DNA of 53,957 bases from Nemertoderma westbladi. Its lineage: Eukaryota; Animalia; Xenacoelomorpha. Shown here in pieces: positions 12,636 to 24,784 of this stretch. The number at the start of each line of letters is the position of its first letter. Position 1 is the stretch's first letter. Position numbers and translations under genes: made by a program. Under the pieces are notes generated by a model that was not told where the DNA came from, did no database searches, and was given only the letters and a program-made list of their open reading frames with translations. The stretch covers positions 1-53,957 of the forward strand of contig JAUCBJ010005647.1 in assembly GCA_032718475.1 (NCBI GenBank). Direction: 5' to 3'.

Positions 12636-14075
12636 TACGGTGGCTGAATGTGGCCAATTTAATTAATTTTAAAAATGGGAAATATAAAAAGAAATTAATG
12701 AAATATAATTCCTTAAAACAGAAATTAATCAAATTTAATTCAGCCAGAAACAGAAATTAATCAAATATAATTCAACCCAAAACAGGAATTAATCAAATAT
12801 AATTCAACCCAAAACAGGAATTAATCAAATATAATTCAACCCAAAACAGGAATTAATCAAATATAATTCAACCCAAAACAGGAATTAATCAAATATAATT
12901 CAACCCAAAACAGGAATTAATCAAATATAATTCAAACATTTTGGAGGGAAATTTAAAATACTTTCTCAGTGCAGTGCAGCAAATTGTCGTTTCCTTTTCA
13001 GTCTATCAGTGCAGTACTGCAGTAACGGTTGCCCGTAGCTCTGTAAGCTTAGTTCTGTGGTTAGTTGTTAATCTTTTAATCACTACAGCACTACTGACTA
13101 CCGATCTACGTAATGATGGTAGTACAAAATGTAATGATGTCATGGGTGATAGGGAGTTGTGGCGGCGCAATTTTGTCGACAAGCCCGCACAGCATTCTTA
13201 AAAATGCAGCTGCAATGCAGCATGCAGATACTAGTAGTACACCTGCAGTACAGTTCTATATACAACTACTGAACTAACTAATCCTACGGAATTACCGGTC
13301 TTTCTGAAGATTGGTAAGGTAAAGCTGCCGGATTGCCCCGTAGTCAGGTCGTATCGGTCTGTTGGTAGTCAGTAGTGATTAAAAGATTAACAACTAACCA
13401 CAGAACTAAGCTTACAGAGCTACGGGCAACCGTTACTGCAGTACTGCACTGATAGACTGAAAAGGAAACGACAATTTGCTGCACTGCACTGAGACAGTAT
13501 TTTAAATTTCCCTCCAAAATGTTTGAATTATATTTGATTAATTCCTGTTTTGGGTTGAATTATATTTGATTAAATTCTGTTTGTGGTTGAATTATATTTG
13601 ATTAATTCCTGTTTTGGGTTGAATTATATTTGATTAATTTCTGTTTCTGGTTGAATTATATTTGATTAAATTCTGTTTGTGGTTGAATTATATTTGATTA
13701 ATTCCTGTTTTTGGTTGAATTATATTTGATTAATTCCTGTTTTGGGTTGAATTATATTTGATTAATTCCTGTTTTTGGTTGAATTATATTTGATTAATTC
13801 CTGTTTTGGGTTGAATTATATTTGATTAATTTCTGTTTCTGGTTGAATTATATTTGATTAATTTCTGTTTCTGGTTAATTATATTTGATTAATTTCTGTT
13901 TCTGGTTAATTATATTTGATTAATTCCTGTTTTGGGTTGAATTATATTTGATTAATTTCTGTTTCTGGTTGAATTATATTTGATTAATTTCTGTTTTAAG
14001 GAATTATATTTCATTAATTTCCTTTTATATTTCCCATTTTAAAATTAATTAAATTGGCCACATTCAGCCACCGTA
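12636..14075. mobile_element. Non-autonomous foldback DNA transposon, IS3EU-like
   Basis: Termini TACGGTGGCTGAATGTGG...CCACATTCAGCCACCGTA with 6-bp TSD CTTATG (12630-12635 / 14076-14081). Very long TIRs contain 32-bp tandem repeats around a ~260-bp unique centre. TAY..RTA ends with a 6-bp TSD fit IS3EU as recalled. Confidence 0.8.
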
Positions 14076-14195
14076 CTTATGTTCGAAACGGATTTACAAT
14101 CTTAAACGGCACTTATTTCTCATACATAACGAAGTTAAGGATTCTAATTCAATAAATTACTTGATGGCAAAGGGTCGCAATGCCGAGACGAAACG

Positions 14196-14739
14196 TGTTA
14201 GCTTATTCAATCCCGCTAACACCCCATAAAGTTATAAGCCGATAAGCAATATTGGGAGCCACGAGATTGGGTAATTAACCAACTCGTGCCATCCCAATAA
14301 GAATGGGAAGGAGAAGCACACAATGAGGGTCAGGGGCCAAACCCCTAACCCAGAGAGAATAGGTGGAGTGAACGGGAACACTCCAAAGGGCGCCAACAAG
14401 GGTATCAACCAATCAGAGGGGGGAAAGGCATCGATTAGGTAGAGTAACAAGGCCAACCGTGCAATATAGCCACTTGGCAGTAATCATACCAGTTCAGTTA
14501 TCTCAGTGCAATACCGGTGCTAGATTAGGTTACAATAGTTTAGCTAGGGAAGGACCGGGACTTTAGTTACCGTATCCCGCCTTCCGTATACGACAATATA
14601 TCTCATACCTATATCTATATCTATATCTGCATATCATATTATATACGACAAACAGTACAAACTCATTTACTCTTTATACACGGCGGGGACGCGTGAACTA
14701 AAACCGGATAAACCGGGATCCCTCTTGGATCCCGTCACA
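14196..14739 (+). repeat. 5' LTR of family B (544 bp)
   Basis: Identical to the 3' LTR except one substitution seen and a 288-bp insertion in the 3' copy. Confidence 0.95.
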
Positions 14740-14748
14740 GTAACTAAA
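14740..14748 (+). promoter_or_regulatory. Non-tRNA primer-binding-site position, complementary to own LTR (14562-14570)
   Basis: GTAACTAAA is the reverse complement of TTTAGTTAC. Confidence 0.6.
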
Positions 14749-14805
14749 CCAGCTGCCGCCCTAGACAAACTCAGTAACCACCAGCCACCAACCTGCAGAA
14801 GAAAG

Positions 14806-17800
14806 ATGAGTCAGTCGGGAGAAATAACACCGACGCGGACCCCGGACGAAGAACAAACGATCCGCGAGGCCGCGACCAGGCGGTATAGGCCCACGACGCC
14901 GGAGCCATCGATAACGGGCGACCCGGAAGTTCAAGATGAGGGAGACCGTCTGGAGTCAGAAGCCGAGTCGAGAGGAGGGGGAATCGAGTCGGAGGATAGA
15001 GAGAACGGGCTCGAGGGAGAAGGAGACGAGTCGACACGGGGCGAGGGTCGACGCACCGGTGTCGTCGGCCAGCCACAGGCCGAGAGCGACGAACGGCCCA
15101 CCGAGACGATGACAGTGGGGCCGACGGTACGAGGAAGGACCCGGAGAGACGACGGAGGTGTCGATACCGATGTCGCCGGCCAGCCACAGGCCGAGGGCGA
15201 CGGACGGCCCGCCGAAACGGCGACGGTGGGGCCGCCGGTACGACGTCGAACCCGGAGAGACGGATGAGGGGTCGGCGACGAGGACGTCGGGGTTTCTGAG
15301 CGACTTCGACGGGCCTACAACGCGACCCGGAGACTACTAGAGGAGGCCAGAAAGGGGAAAACGATAGACGAGGTAAAACTGAAGTCAGGACTAGGTAAGT
15401 CGGACAGACATTTATACTATCTAATGCATTTCGGGCAGAGAGAATTGGCCGAGGAGAGAGCGAGAAAGGTTGCCGAGGAACTGTATGACTCATGGCGGCA
15501 TGGGGGTATACAACCTAGTGTAGTGTACATAGGGCCATATTTAATCGATGCCCGGGGTATAAAATTAATGGGTTGGAACAGACCTGAAGGGGGCGAATCC
15601 GAGGTTAACCCCGAGGATTCGGCCTCGTCGGTCGGAGGGAGTTCCGGGAGGAGGGGGAAAGCTAGTAGATCGGGAAGGCGGAGGGAGTCCGTCGTAACCG
15701 ATAAGTCTGCTACATCCTCCGCGAAAGAAAGACTGGTGAGAGAGGCAGGTGCCGCGTACCGTCTCGAGCTGATAGAGCAAGGTCAGAGGGAAATGGATAA
15801 ACGGCTAGAGGAGGGGAGAATGCGGCTAGAGAGGGAAGCGGCATTGATTAGAGAAACCGGAGAGAGGGCCGAAAGGGCTTTGAGAGGCCTTAGGGAGTGT
15901 GAGGAAATAGAGGAAAAGGAGTGTAGGGAACGTGAGGCAAGAGAGGAAAGGGAACGCAAAGAGCGCGAGGCGGAACGCAAGGAGCATGAGGCGAGAGAGG
16001 AAAGGGAACGCAAAGAGCGTGAGGCGGAACGCAAGGAGCATGAGGCGAGAAAGGAAAGTGAACGTAAGGAGCGTGAAGCGAGGCGAAGGGAGAGTGCTAG
16101 GAAAGTAGTAGAGTTGGCTGAGCGGGACGCGCGGGAGTGTGAGAGGAGAATGGCAGGAGCCGAGCGAGACCATGAGGAATTAAAGAGACGCCAAAGTGAG
16201 CTTGGGGAACATAGGGTTAGACGCGCGCACGAGCTGCAACTGGTGCGGGCGGGGGCGTCTGAGGGCGGGACTGGCTCGAGTATTCTAGGGGAGCCAGGGG
16301 CCGTGGATACATTTATTAATACCCCACTTGCAGGGACCGCACGACAGACCCAAAACTGGTGTGACCGTACGGGCGGGGGGGGGGGGGGGGTAACAATGAT
16401 AATGATACAGTAGACGTGGTTAATATTAATAGTACCGTATGGGATAATTCTAATCAAACCTTTATTGCAGGGAATACTTTGCCTAGTGGTAGTAATTTAA
16501 ATTTAAATCAGAACAATCTTAATATTAATGTAGAAAATAATCCTAATATTAATGTAGCTACGCAAAATAATCCAAATAATCAAAATAATAATAATTCAAA
16601 TAATTTAATTAATGATCCAAGCCCGAATTTACAAAGTAATTCAGACAGTGTAGTCGTGCAAAGTAATTCAAATGATTTTGTTTCAAACGAACAAATTAAT
16701 TCTGTATCCGATATGGGTGCTATTAACGTAAACACGTCGGGCGTGTACAGCCAGGCAAACGGGGACCTGGCAGGCCACACAGTTGGTGGGCCGGAAGTAG
16801 CTGGGTTAGGTAGACCCAGCGAGGGCCTGGTAGGCCACGCAGTTGGTAGACAGCGAGCAGAGGGCCTGGTAGGCCACGTAGTTGGTAGGCAGGGAGTGGC
16901 TGGGTTGAATAGACCCAGCGAGGGCCTGGTAGGCCACGCAATAGCAGAGGGAGAGGCGGGGGTGAATAGACCCGACCGCGATAGGGTTGATGTGTCGACT
17001 AGAGAGGGATATAGTAGCGTAGTGAGGGATAGCGAAGTTAGATGTGGCGAGTGGGGGGGGGGGGCTACAGGGGCCCCACAACAGCGAGTTCGCGGCGAAA
17101 GGGGGGGGGTGTGCAGAGAGTGTCCCACAGCCGTCAGCGGATAATGCGAGGGCCAAAATAGGTAAACCGCAACAACCGGCGACGGAAAGTAATAGGGGGA
17201 TTGCGAGTATCCCCAGCGGCGTGCGACCGAGCAGAGAGAGACAGGTTGACGTCGTGGGAGGGCGGACGAAGCGTCGAGCCCGATCAGAAGAGGGAAGAAG
17301 AACAGTGGGGTTTAACCGGGAGGTCGACGAGAGATCTCACGAGCGGGAATACTCCACTGAAAGGAGAAGAAGAGAGGATAGTAGTAGAGGTATCGCCGCG
17401 AACGATAGAAGAGCGAGGACGGATAGCGAGCCGTCGGTGGTCGAGATGAGAACAGAGAGTCAGTGGGGTCGGACTCCGGGAGATTGCCGTCGCCCCGGAG
17501 AGATGCGACCCGGCGAGGCGCACTACACGCCGAGAGAGGGGTACGCGATGTACCGGTACGAAGATGAAAACAGTAGAGAGGGGGGTCGAAGAGAAACTTT
17601 CCGACGGAATATACCTACCGATCGAGGATACGGTAGCCGCGGGGGGGACTACTCGAGAAGAATAAACTTCGATCCCGAACAACACATGCAGACTGTAGGA
17701 CATACTGTAGGCCTTACTGCACATACCACAGGCCATACTGAGAGAGGCAATGTAGGCGATAGGATAGCGTGGACAACGGGATTAAACCCGGAAGTCGCGG

Positions 17801-20800
17801 AATACATACCGGCGAGTAGGCCAGAAGCTGATAGGCCTATACCGGTACCAGTACGGCAGTATGACTACAGCATGCAGGGACATAACATATACCCAGGGGA
17901 GGGGGGAATCATTGCGGATTGTTGCATGGGCCCCAACATATTAACATCAACCCCAGTACCAAACATACCAGTGGGGGGGGGGACAGGGTGACATTCCCCC
18001 ATCACAATATCAACAATATACCCCGATAGGAGCAAGAACAACGAGACCCTTGGATGAGAATAGGTCGTGTGATACAGACATATGGAGGGGGCCGCTACCC
18101 CCGATGACATACCCAAGTCAGAGAAAGTCAAGAAATAGGACAGACGGAACGCACCAGACAGGAGAAACTATACAGTACCCATCGAATCCATTGGAAGCAC
18201 AGGCGATGGGGATGGCCACGTTGATCGATGCGTTGAAAACGAGGATCGAGTTACCACCCGTGGAACCATTCAAATTCGATGGGAGCAGGCCGGAAGAATA
18301 TCTACAGTTTCGGCGCATGTATAGTAACGAAATACTAACAAAAAACTTGACGCAGGCGGAGTGCCTAAAGTATCTACAAGTGTACACGGGAGGCCCAGCA
18401 TACGACATAGTGAGGCAATATCAAGGAATAGAGGGCGGCTTCACGACAGCATGGCGGGCACTGGATAGGGAATACGGGCACCCGGCCAAGATCATCAGAC
18501 AGACGTTGAGAGGCATAACATCGGGTGGCCTACAGGATAATCCCGTTAGCATTAAGACATTTGCTAACAAAGTTGAAAAGGCGCTAATCGTGCTGAAGAC
18601 GCTAGACGCGCCATACGAGCTCAACGCGTCCAACAACATCACCACGATAGCGCAGGCACTACCGAGCTGGCTGCGCAACAAGTGGAGGAAAATCGCCTTC
18701 TCCACTCGAGATAAGAAGGGTGCGGAACCGGGTTTAGAAGAAATGTCAAACTTCTTAAACTACGAGGCTGAACTAATAACTGACCCAGTCTATAGCGAAG
18801 ATAGCCTGGGAAAGGGACCTAAGACAGACTACCATAGACCGAAACCAGAGCACAACACATCAAACGCATTACCGAGACTCAGGCAATCATTGCCATATGC
18901 AGCGATGCAGGGGACTGCAAGTCCACAGCTAGCCGAGGATAAGACAACACCATGGAACGGACAGGGAAACAATAACAACACGAATAAACATGACCCCAGT
19001 ACGTCCAGTAGGCTAAATCCAAACAATAAGAATAGTAGGGACTTTGGTACAAACGCAACTGCGATACGCAATGTGCTGTATAAAGAGGGCTACGACCCAA
19101 AGAGCAAATGCCAGCTACACGCAAATGCGCTTCATCAAACCATGAACTGCAGGTACTGGCAGGCGCTACCTAGGCAAGATCAGATAGATTATGCGTTCAG
19201 CAATAAAATCTGCTCGCGATGTGTAATGAGTGGACATAGAGCAAGGGAGTGCAAGGAGAAGCCAATAAAATTTGGTCAAAGGAGAGGCCAAACGATGGCG
19301 ACGAGCACAGTAGGGGCGAAGAAGAGGGGAACGGTGTTACTTGGAGTAGTACCAGTGCGAGTGATCGGGGAAGGCAATCGATCAGTAACAACACTAATGC
19401 TGGTTGATAGTGGAGCTGCCTTCACATTAGTCGAGGAATGGGTGGCCGAAGAGATAGGATTGAGAACGAGGCCAAGCAGGATGGCGGTAACAACCATCTC
19501 TAGCAAAGATGAGATCCTAGAGATGAGAACAGGACGGTGCGCAATTGCAGCAGTGGCACCAGGATGCGACTATGGGGCAACCATCGACCCCATCCAAGTG
19601 ATAGAGTCAATTAATATTAATGCCAGGCGACCAACCAACATCGAGGTCGAGCAGTATAAATTCCTGGACGACATTGACTTCTCAATCCCAGACGTGGACG
19701 TTAGGAAGGTGTCCATCATAGTAGGCATGGACTGCCCAACGGCCCACGAAAGAATGCAAACGGTCTTCGGCGAAGACAAGCAGAGTGACCCGGTGGCCAT
19801 ATTAACACCATTCGGGTGGACGCTGAGTGGTCCAATTAAGAGCAAGATACCATTTAGGATGTCAGAGACATCAGGATGCATGTTCGCGGGAACAATGCAG
19901 GAAATGGGTGACGAGGGAGCAGAGGAGCAGCTTAAAAGACTGCTCAGACAGGATTTCGAGGGACTGAAAGAAACCGGGGTCGGGACCTCGGTGGAAGACA
20001 AGCAGGCTTTACAAAGCGTGGAGGAATCGATGACATGCGATGAGGGGCGGTATACTATAGGAATGGTATGGAAACTACCGAAGATACCGCTGCCCGACAA
20101 TAGGGGGATGGTACTCACGAGACTCCGCAAGCTGAAACAAACACTAAAACGGAGCCCCGAGAAGAATGAGTACATCTACAGGACGATTAAGAAGTACGTC
20201 GAGAAAGGATGGGCCGTGGAGTTACCGGTCGACGAGCCGAACACGGACAGGACATATTACCTGCCACTACACGTGGCTTTAGATCCAAAGAAAGGTAAAC
20301 TACGGATGGTAGTCGACGCATCGGCAAAGACCGACGGAAAATGCTTAAACGACTACCTGTTGGAAGGCCCAAACATATACAATTCGGGCATAGAGGTGTT
20401 ACTTAGATTTAGAAACGGGAAACACGCCTTCACGTGTGACATAGAAGGCATGTTCAACCAAGTCCGTGTAACAGAGGAAGATAGCGACAGTCAACGCTTC
20501 TTATGGTATAACGGCGAGGAAGAACCGTCGATAATACCGGCATATAAGATGGTAGTACAAAACATGGGGGCCAAGTCGTCTTCATTTACGACGACTATGG
20601 CAGTGAGAGACACAGTGAAAGGGAAGGAAGATAGATAGAGCAGTAGGGCCGTCGATATGATTCGACGCGGCTTCTACGTAGACGACGGAATGGAGTCTGG
20701 AAATACGGTTAAGGAGATACTGGACACAGGGCGCGAGGTTCGCGACATCCTAAAAGGATCCGGCTTTAACCTGACCAAATTCCAATCCAGTTCGGAAGAA

Positions 20801-23314
20801 TTTATTAAGGCGATAGAGGACAGGAGACCAGAATCGACCATGGACAATCCCACAACAGCCAAAGGGCAGGACATGGCGATTAAGAGAACAGAATCTCAAC
20901 AGAAGGCATTGGGAATCGTGTGGAACAGGGAGACAGACGAACTGAAGTATCAGCTGAACCAGGAGGGCGCAGACATCCACACGAAGAGGGGCTATGTATC
21001 GTATATAGCAAGGATATACGATCCCCTAGGCCTAGCATCCCCATTATTAGTCACGGGGAAACAGATACTCAAGAGAGTATACAAACTGAAGGATGAGTGG
21101 GACGTAGAGGTACCAGAGGAAATCAAGAAACAGTGGAGCAAGTGGACAGGAGACTTGGAGAAGATGGGAACATACAACTTGCCACGGGTGTATTTCCCGG
21201 ATGGGAACATGACGAATGTGGACCTACACATGTTCTCCGACGCGTCGTTGGAAGCGTACGGAGCGGCACTCTACTTAGTACAACGAGAGGGGGCTCATAA
21301 GCCAAGACTAGCCTTTAGTAAAGCAAAGTCAACGCCACCGGATTCAGCATCAGTTCCTAAGTTAGAACTGACAGCCGCGAGACTAGGGGTAAGAGCCACA
21401 GCCTACCTAGTGGATACTATTCCCAGCATAGTGGAGACACACTACTGGACGGACTCCATGGTAGTGCTTGGTTGGCTACACAACGAAAGAACGAGATACC
21501 CGATATTCGTCGCGAATAGAGTGGACGAAATAAGGGTGAGCACAGAACTGGAAAGGTGGCACTACTGCCCAACGGACGAGAACCCAGCAGACTTGTTGTC
21601 GAGGGGCGTGGTACGCCACACTTTCTTGAAGAAGGAAGTATTGTGGCAACATGGGCCACAATTTCTGAGCGATAAGGAAGCCTGGCCGCCGATGAGGAAG
21701 GTGGACCCGGGCTCGGAAGTAGTATCAGAAGGAGAAGAGGGAGATTCAGAGGGAGAAGAGATATACTCCCAGATGGTGAGGGAGATTAGGGACGTGCAAC
21801 CAGGACGGGAACTGTGCGATAACCCGACGGATAAACTCCTCAGCTACAGTTCTAGTTGGTATAAGACCATGAAACTAGTGGCGTACTGGAGAGCCTTCGG
21901 GAATTTCCTTGCGGGAGTTGGCAAGGACAAGAAGATCAGGACAACCATAGATCTGGAAGGAGCGGCCAAGGCAGTGATCCGCTATGAACAACGGAAGAAC
22001 TACGGCGACGAGGTGGAACGCGTCGGTAACTAACAGCACCTCCGACGGGACAGCGAGCTGATTACGCTGTCGCCACAACTCAATGACGACGGGATTCTAG
22101 TAATGAATTCTAGGGTGGGATACAACAACAGCATAGTCGTACCACCGAAACCTATCATCATTCCTACAGGATCGCCAATAGTCCACCAGATTATATGGGA
22201 CTCCCACAAATCGATATTGCATGGGGGCACCAACCGAACCCTCACAGAGATAAGGAGGACCTATTGGGTCAAACAATTAAGGAAGAAGGTTAAAGCGGTA
22301 GTGGGGCAGTGCCAGACCTGCCGACGAGCGAAGAAGGAGCGAGCCGTACAGGAGATGGCGCCACTACCGGCGAGTAGGGTAAGACAGCACGACCCGCCAT
22401 TTACGCATTGCGGTGTGGACATGTTCGGGCCGATAAAGATCAAAGTGATGCGACACACGGAGAAACGCTACGGCATTATCTTCGTATGCAATAACACACG
22501 GGCGGTAGGGATAGAACTCGCCCAAGATGCAACCGCATCAGCATTCATTAATGCCCTAGAAAGATTTAGAGACCGCAAAGGTGGGACGATCGCAGTGATA
22601 TACAGCGACAACGGCACCAACTTTGTGGGCGCAGAGAGTGAGATGGCAGAGGCCTTGGACATCTTGGAGGGAGAAGAAGTCAGGGCAGCCATGAGACGAC
22701 GACAAGTAAAGTGGGAGAGAAGGACGCCGTATGCACCACATACACTAGGATGCGTCGAGAGACTGGTGGGCAGTTCAAAGCGTCTAATGACGAAGCTAAT
22801 GAACACCCACATGGTCACTGAGGACGTCTTACGGACAGTACTTGCGAAGTGCGAGGGGATCATTAATAGCAGACTGCTATATCCGGAGAATGATGACCCT
22901 GAGTCATTAGACGTGCTGACACCTAGCCATTTCCTGATGGAAAGGCCAGCGACCATCGATATGCGGCGTGTAGACCCAGATGACATACACTCCCGCCAAA
23001 GTTGGAAAGTCGCTAAAGCAATAAGCGCAGAGTATTGGAGGAGGTGGGTCGAGGAATACCTACCCACACTCCATAAACGAAGCAAGTGGAGGAAGTCAAA
23101 CAGGGAGTTAAGAGAGGGATATCTCGTAATCGTTACGGATGATACTATCATCAACAACCAATGGCGGTTGGCGAGAGTAGTAGGCACCTACTCCGACGAG
23201 GACGGAAGAGTCCGATCGGTAGAAGTACGGATAGGTGGAAAGATAGGTGCGAAGGACAGAAAAACCTACAGGAGAGCTGTAGGCAAATTCTGTCTGTTAG
23301 AAGGGGCACCTTAG
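14806..23314 (+). pseudogene. gag-pol: BEL/Pao gag-pol polyprotein with frameshifts and nonsense codons
   Basis: Gag knuckle CSRCVMSGHRAREC; protease LVDSGA; RT YYLPLH, RMVVDAS, DIEGMFNQV, YVDD; RNase H FSDAS, LEL, WTDS, NPAD; integrase H-H-CC, GVDMFGP, SDNGTNF, ERLVG, WRRWVEEYL. In-frame stops at 20636-20638 and 22031-22033, and several gag frameshifts at poly-G runs. Confidence 0.95.
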
Positions 23315-23435
23315 TGGAGTTAGAGAAAAGTTTAGTCGTCCAAGTTTTGGACTGAGGGGGGTGGGATTGAGGGCGAGACGTCCTTCCCACAAACAAAAAA
23401 AAAAAAAAAATAATAATAAAATAAAATAATAGTAC

Positions 23436-24310
23436 ATGGTAGGTACGCAGTTAGTAGGCAGAAGTTAGTTAAGAGGTACGTAGTACCTAGTTAGTTAGTT
23501 AGTTAGAAGGTACGTAGTACCGATAGTTAGTTAGAGAGTTAGAGGGTACGTAAGTACCGCTAGTTAGTTAGAGTTAGAAGGTACGTAGTACCTAGTTAGT
23601 TAGTTAGTTAGAAGGTACGTAGTACCGATAGTTAGTTAGAGAGTTAGAGGGTACGTAAGTACCGCTAGTTAGTTAGAGAGTTAGAGGGTACGTAAGTACC
23701 GCTAGTTAGTTAGAGAGTTAGAGGGTACGTAAGTACCGCTAGTTAGTTAGAGAGTTAGAGGGTACGTAAGTACCGTTAGTTAGTTAGTTAGAGAGTTAGA
23801 GGGTACGTAAGTACCGCTAGTTAGTTAGAGTTAGGAGGTACGTAGTACCTAGTTAGTTAGTTAGTTAGAAGGTACGTAGTACCGATAGTTAGTTAGAGAG
23901 TTAGAGGGTACGTAGTACCGATAGTTAGTTAGTTAGTTAGAAGGTACGTAGTACCTAGTTAGTTAGAGAGTTAGAGGGTACGTAAGTACCGCTAGTTAGT
24001 TAGAGAGTTAGAGGGTACGTAGTACCGCTAGTTAGTTAGAGTTAGAAGGTACGTAGTACCGATAGTTAGTCAGAGAGTTAGAGGGTACGTAGTACCGATA
24101 GTTAGTTAGAGAGTTAGAGGGTACGTAGTACCGATAGTTAGTTAGAGAGTTAGAGGGTACGTAAGTACCACTAGTTAGTTAGAGAGTTAGAGGGTACGTA
24201 AGTACCGCTAGTTAGTTAGAGAGTTAGAGGGTATGTAGTACCGTTAGTTAGAGAGAAAGTAAGAGTCAGAGGGTACGTAGTACCGTTAGTTAGAAGAGAG
24301 AGAGTAAGAG
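23436..24310 (+). repeat. ~30-bp tandem array between pol and the extra ORF
   Basis: Unit approximately GTTAGTTAGAGAGTTAGAGGGTACGT(A)AGTACCGCTA, roughly 25 copies. Confidence 0.92.
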
Positions 24311-24784
24311 GTAAAAGGGGATATAGATATAGATATTAGTTAGCAGTTAGTAGAGAGAGGGGGGCATATGAGTACAGCTGGGTAAGTCGTGTGGCCACAC
24401 GACGCATACTGCTGTACTGCATAGGCCAGAATACAGAGTAGGCCAGAATGTGGATTAGAGAATAGAATAATCCATAGGCAGTAGTAAGTAGTAGGACAGT
24501 AGAATCAAATTAAATAAATAAATAAATAGAATAGGGCTGAAAGTTACAAAATAGTGGCAACACAAGGGAAGTTATTCTAGAACATAATAAAAGTAACGGA
24601 CAGAAATTGTAAATTACGCTCATTTACTAGCTTCAAAATTAATTAGTGATAATTTAGGTTAAAAGGCGCAGTTAAGTAGGAAGTAGGCCATTATCGAACC
24701 GTACAGAACATCCTAGATACATCACTCATCTGTATTGCGCCTTGGTAAGGCACCACCTTGCAGGTGAGCGAGTGAACGTTCGGA

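Noticed and set aside
14232-14456. Hydrophobic 74-aa minus-strand ORF (also 28087-28311)
   Set aside because: Lies within the LTR and is duplicated only because the LTR is; no ATG start or other support.
23436-24310. Telomeric repeat
   Set aside because: GTTA/TTAG runs are not (TTAGG)n and lie inside an LTR element.
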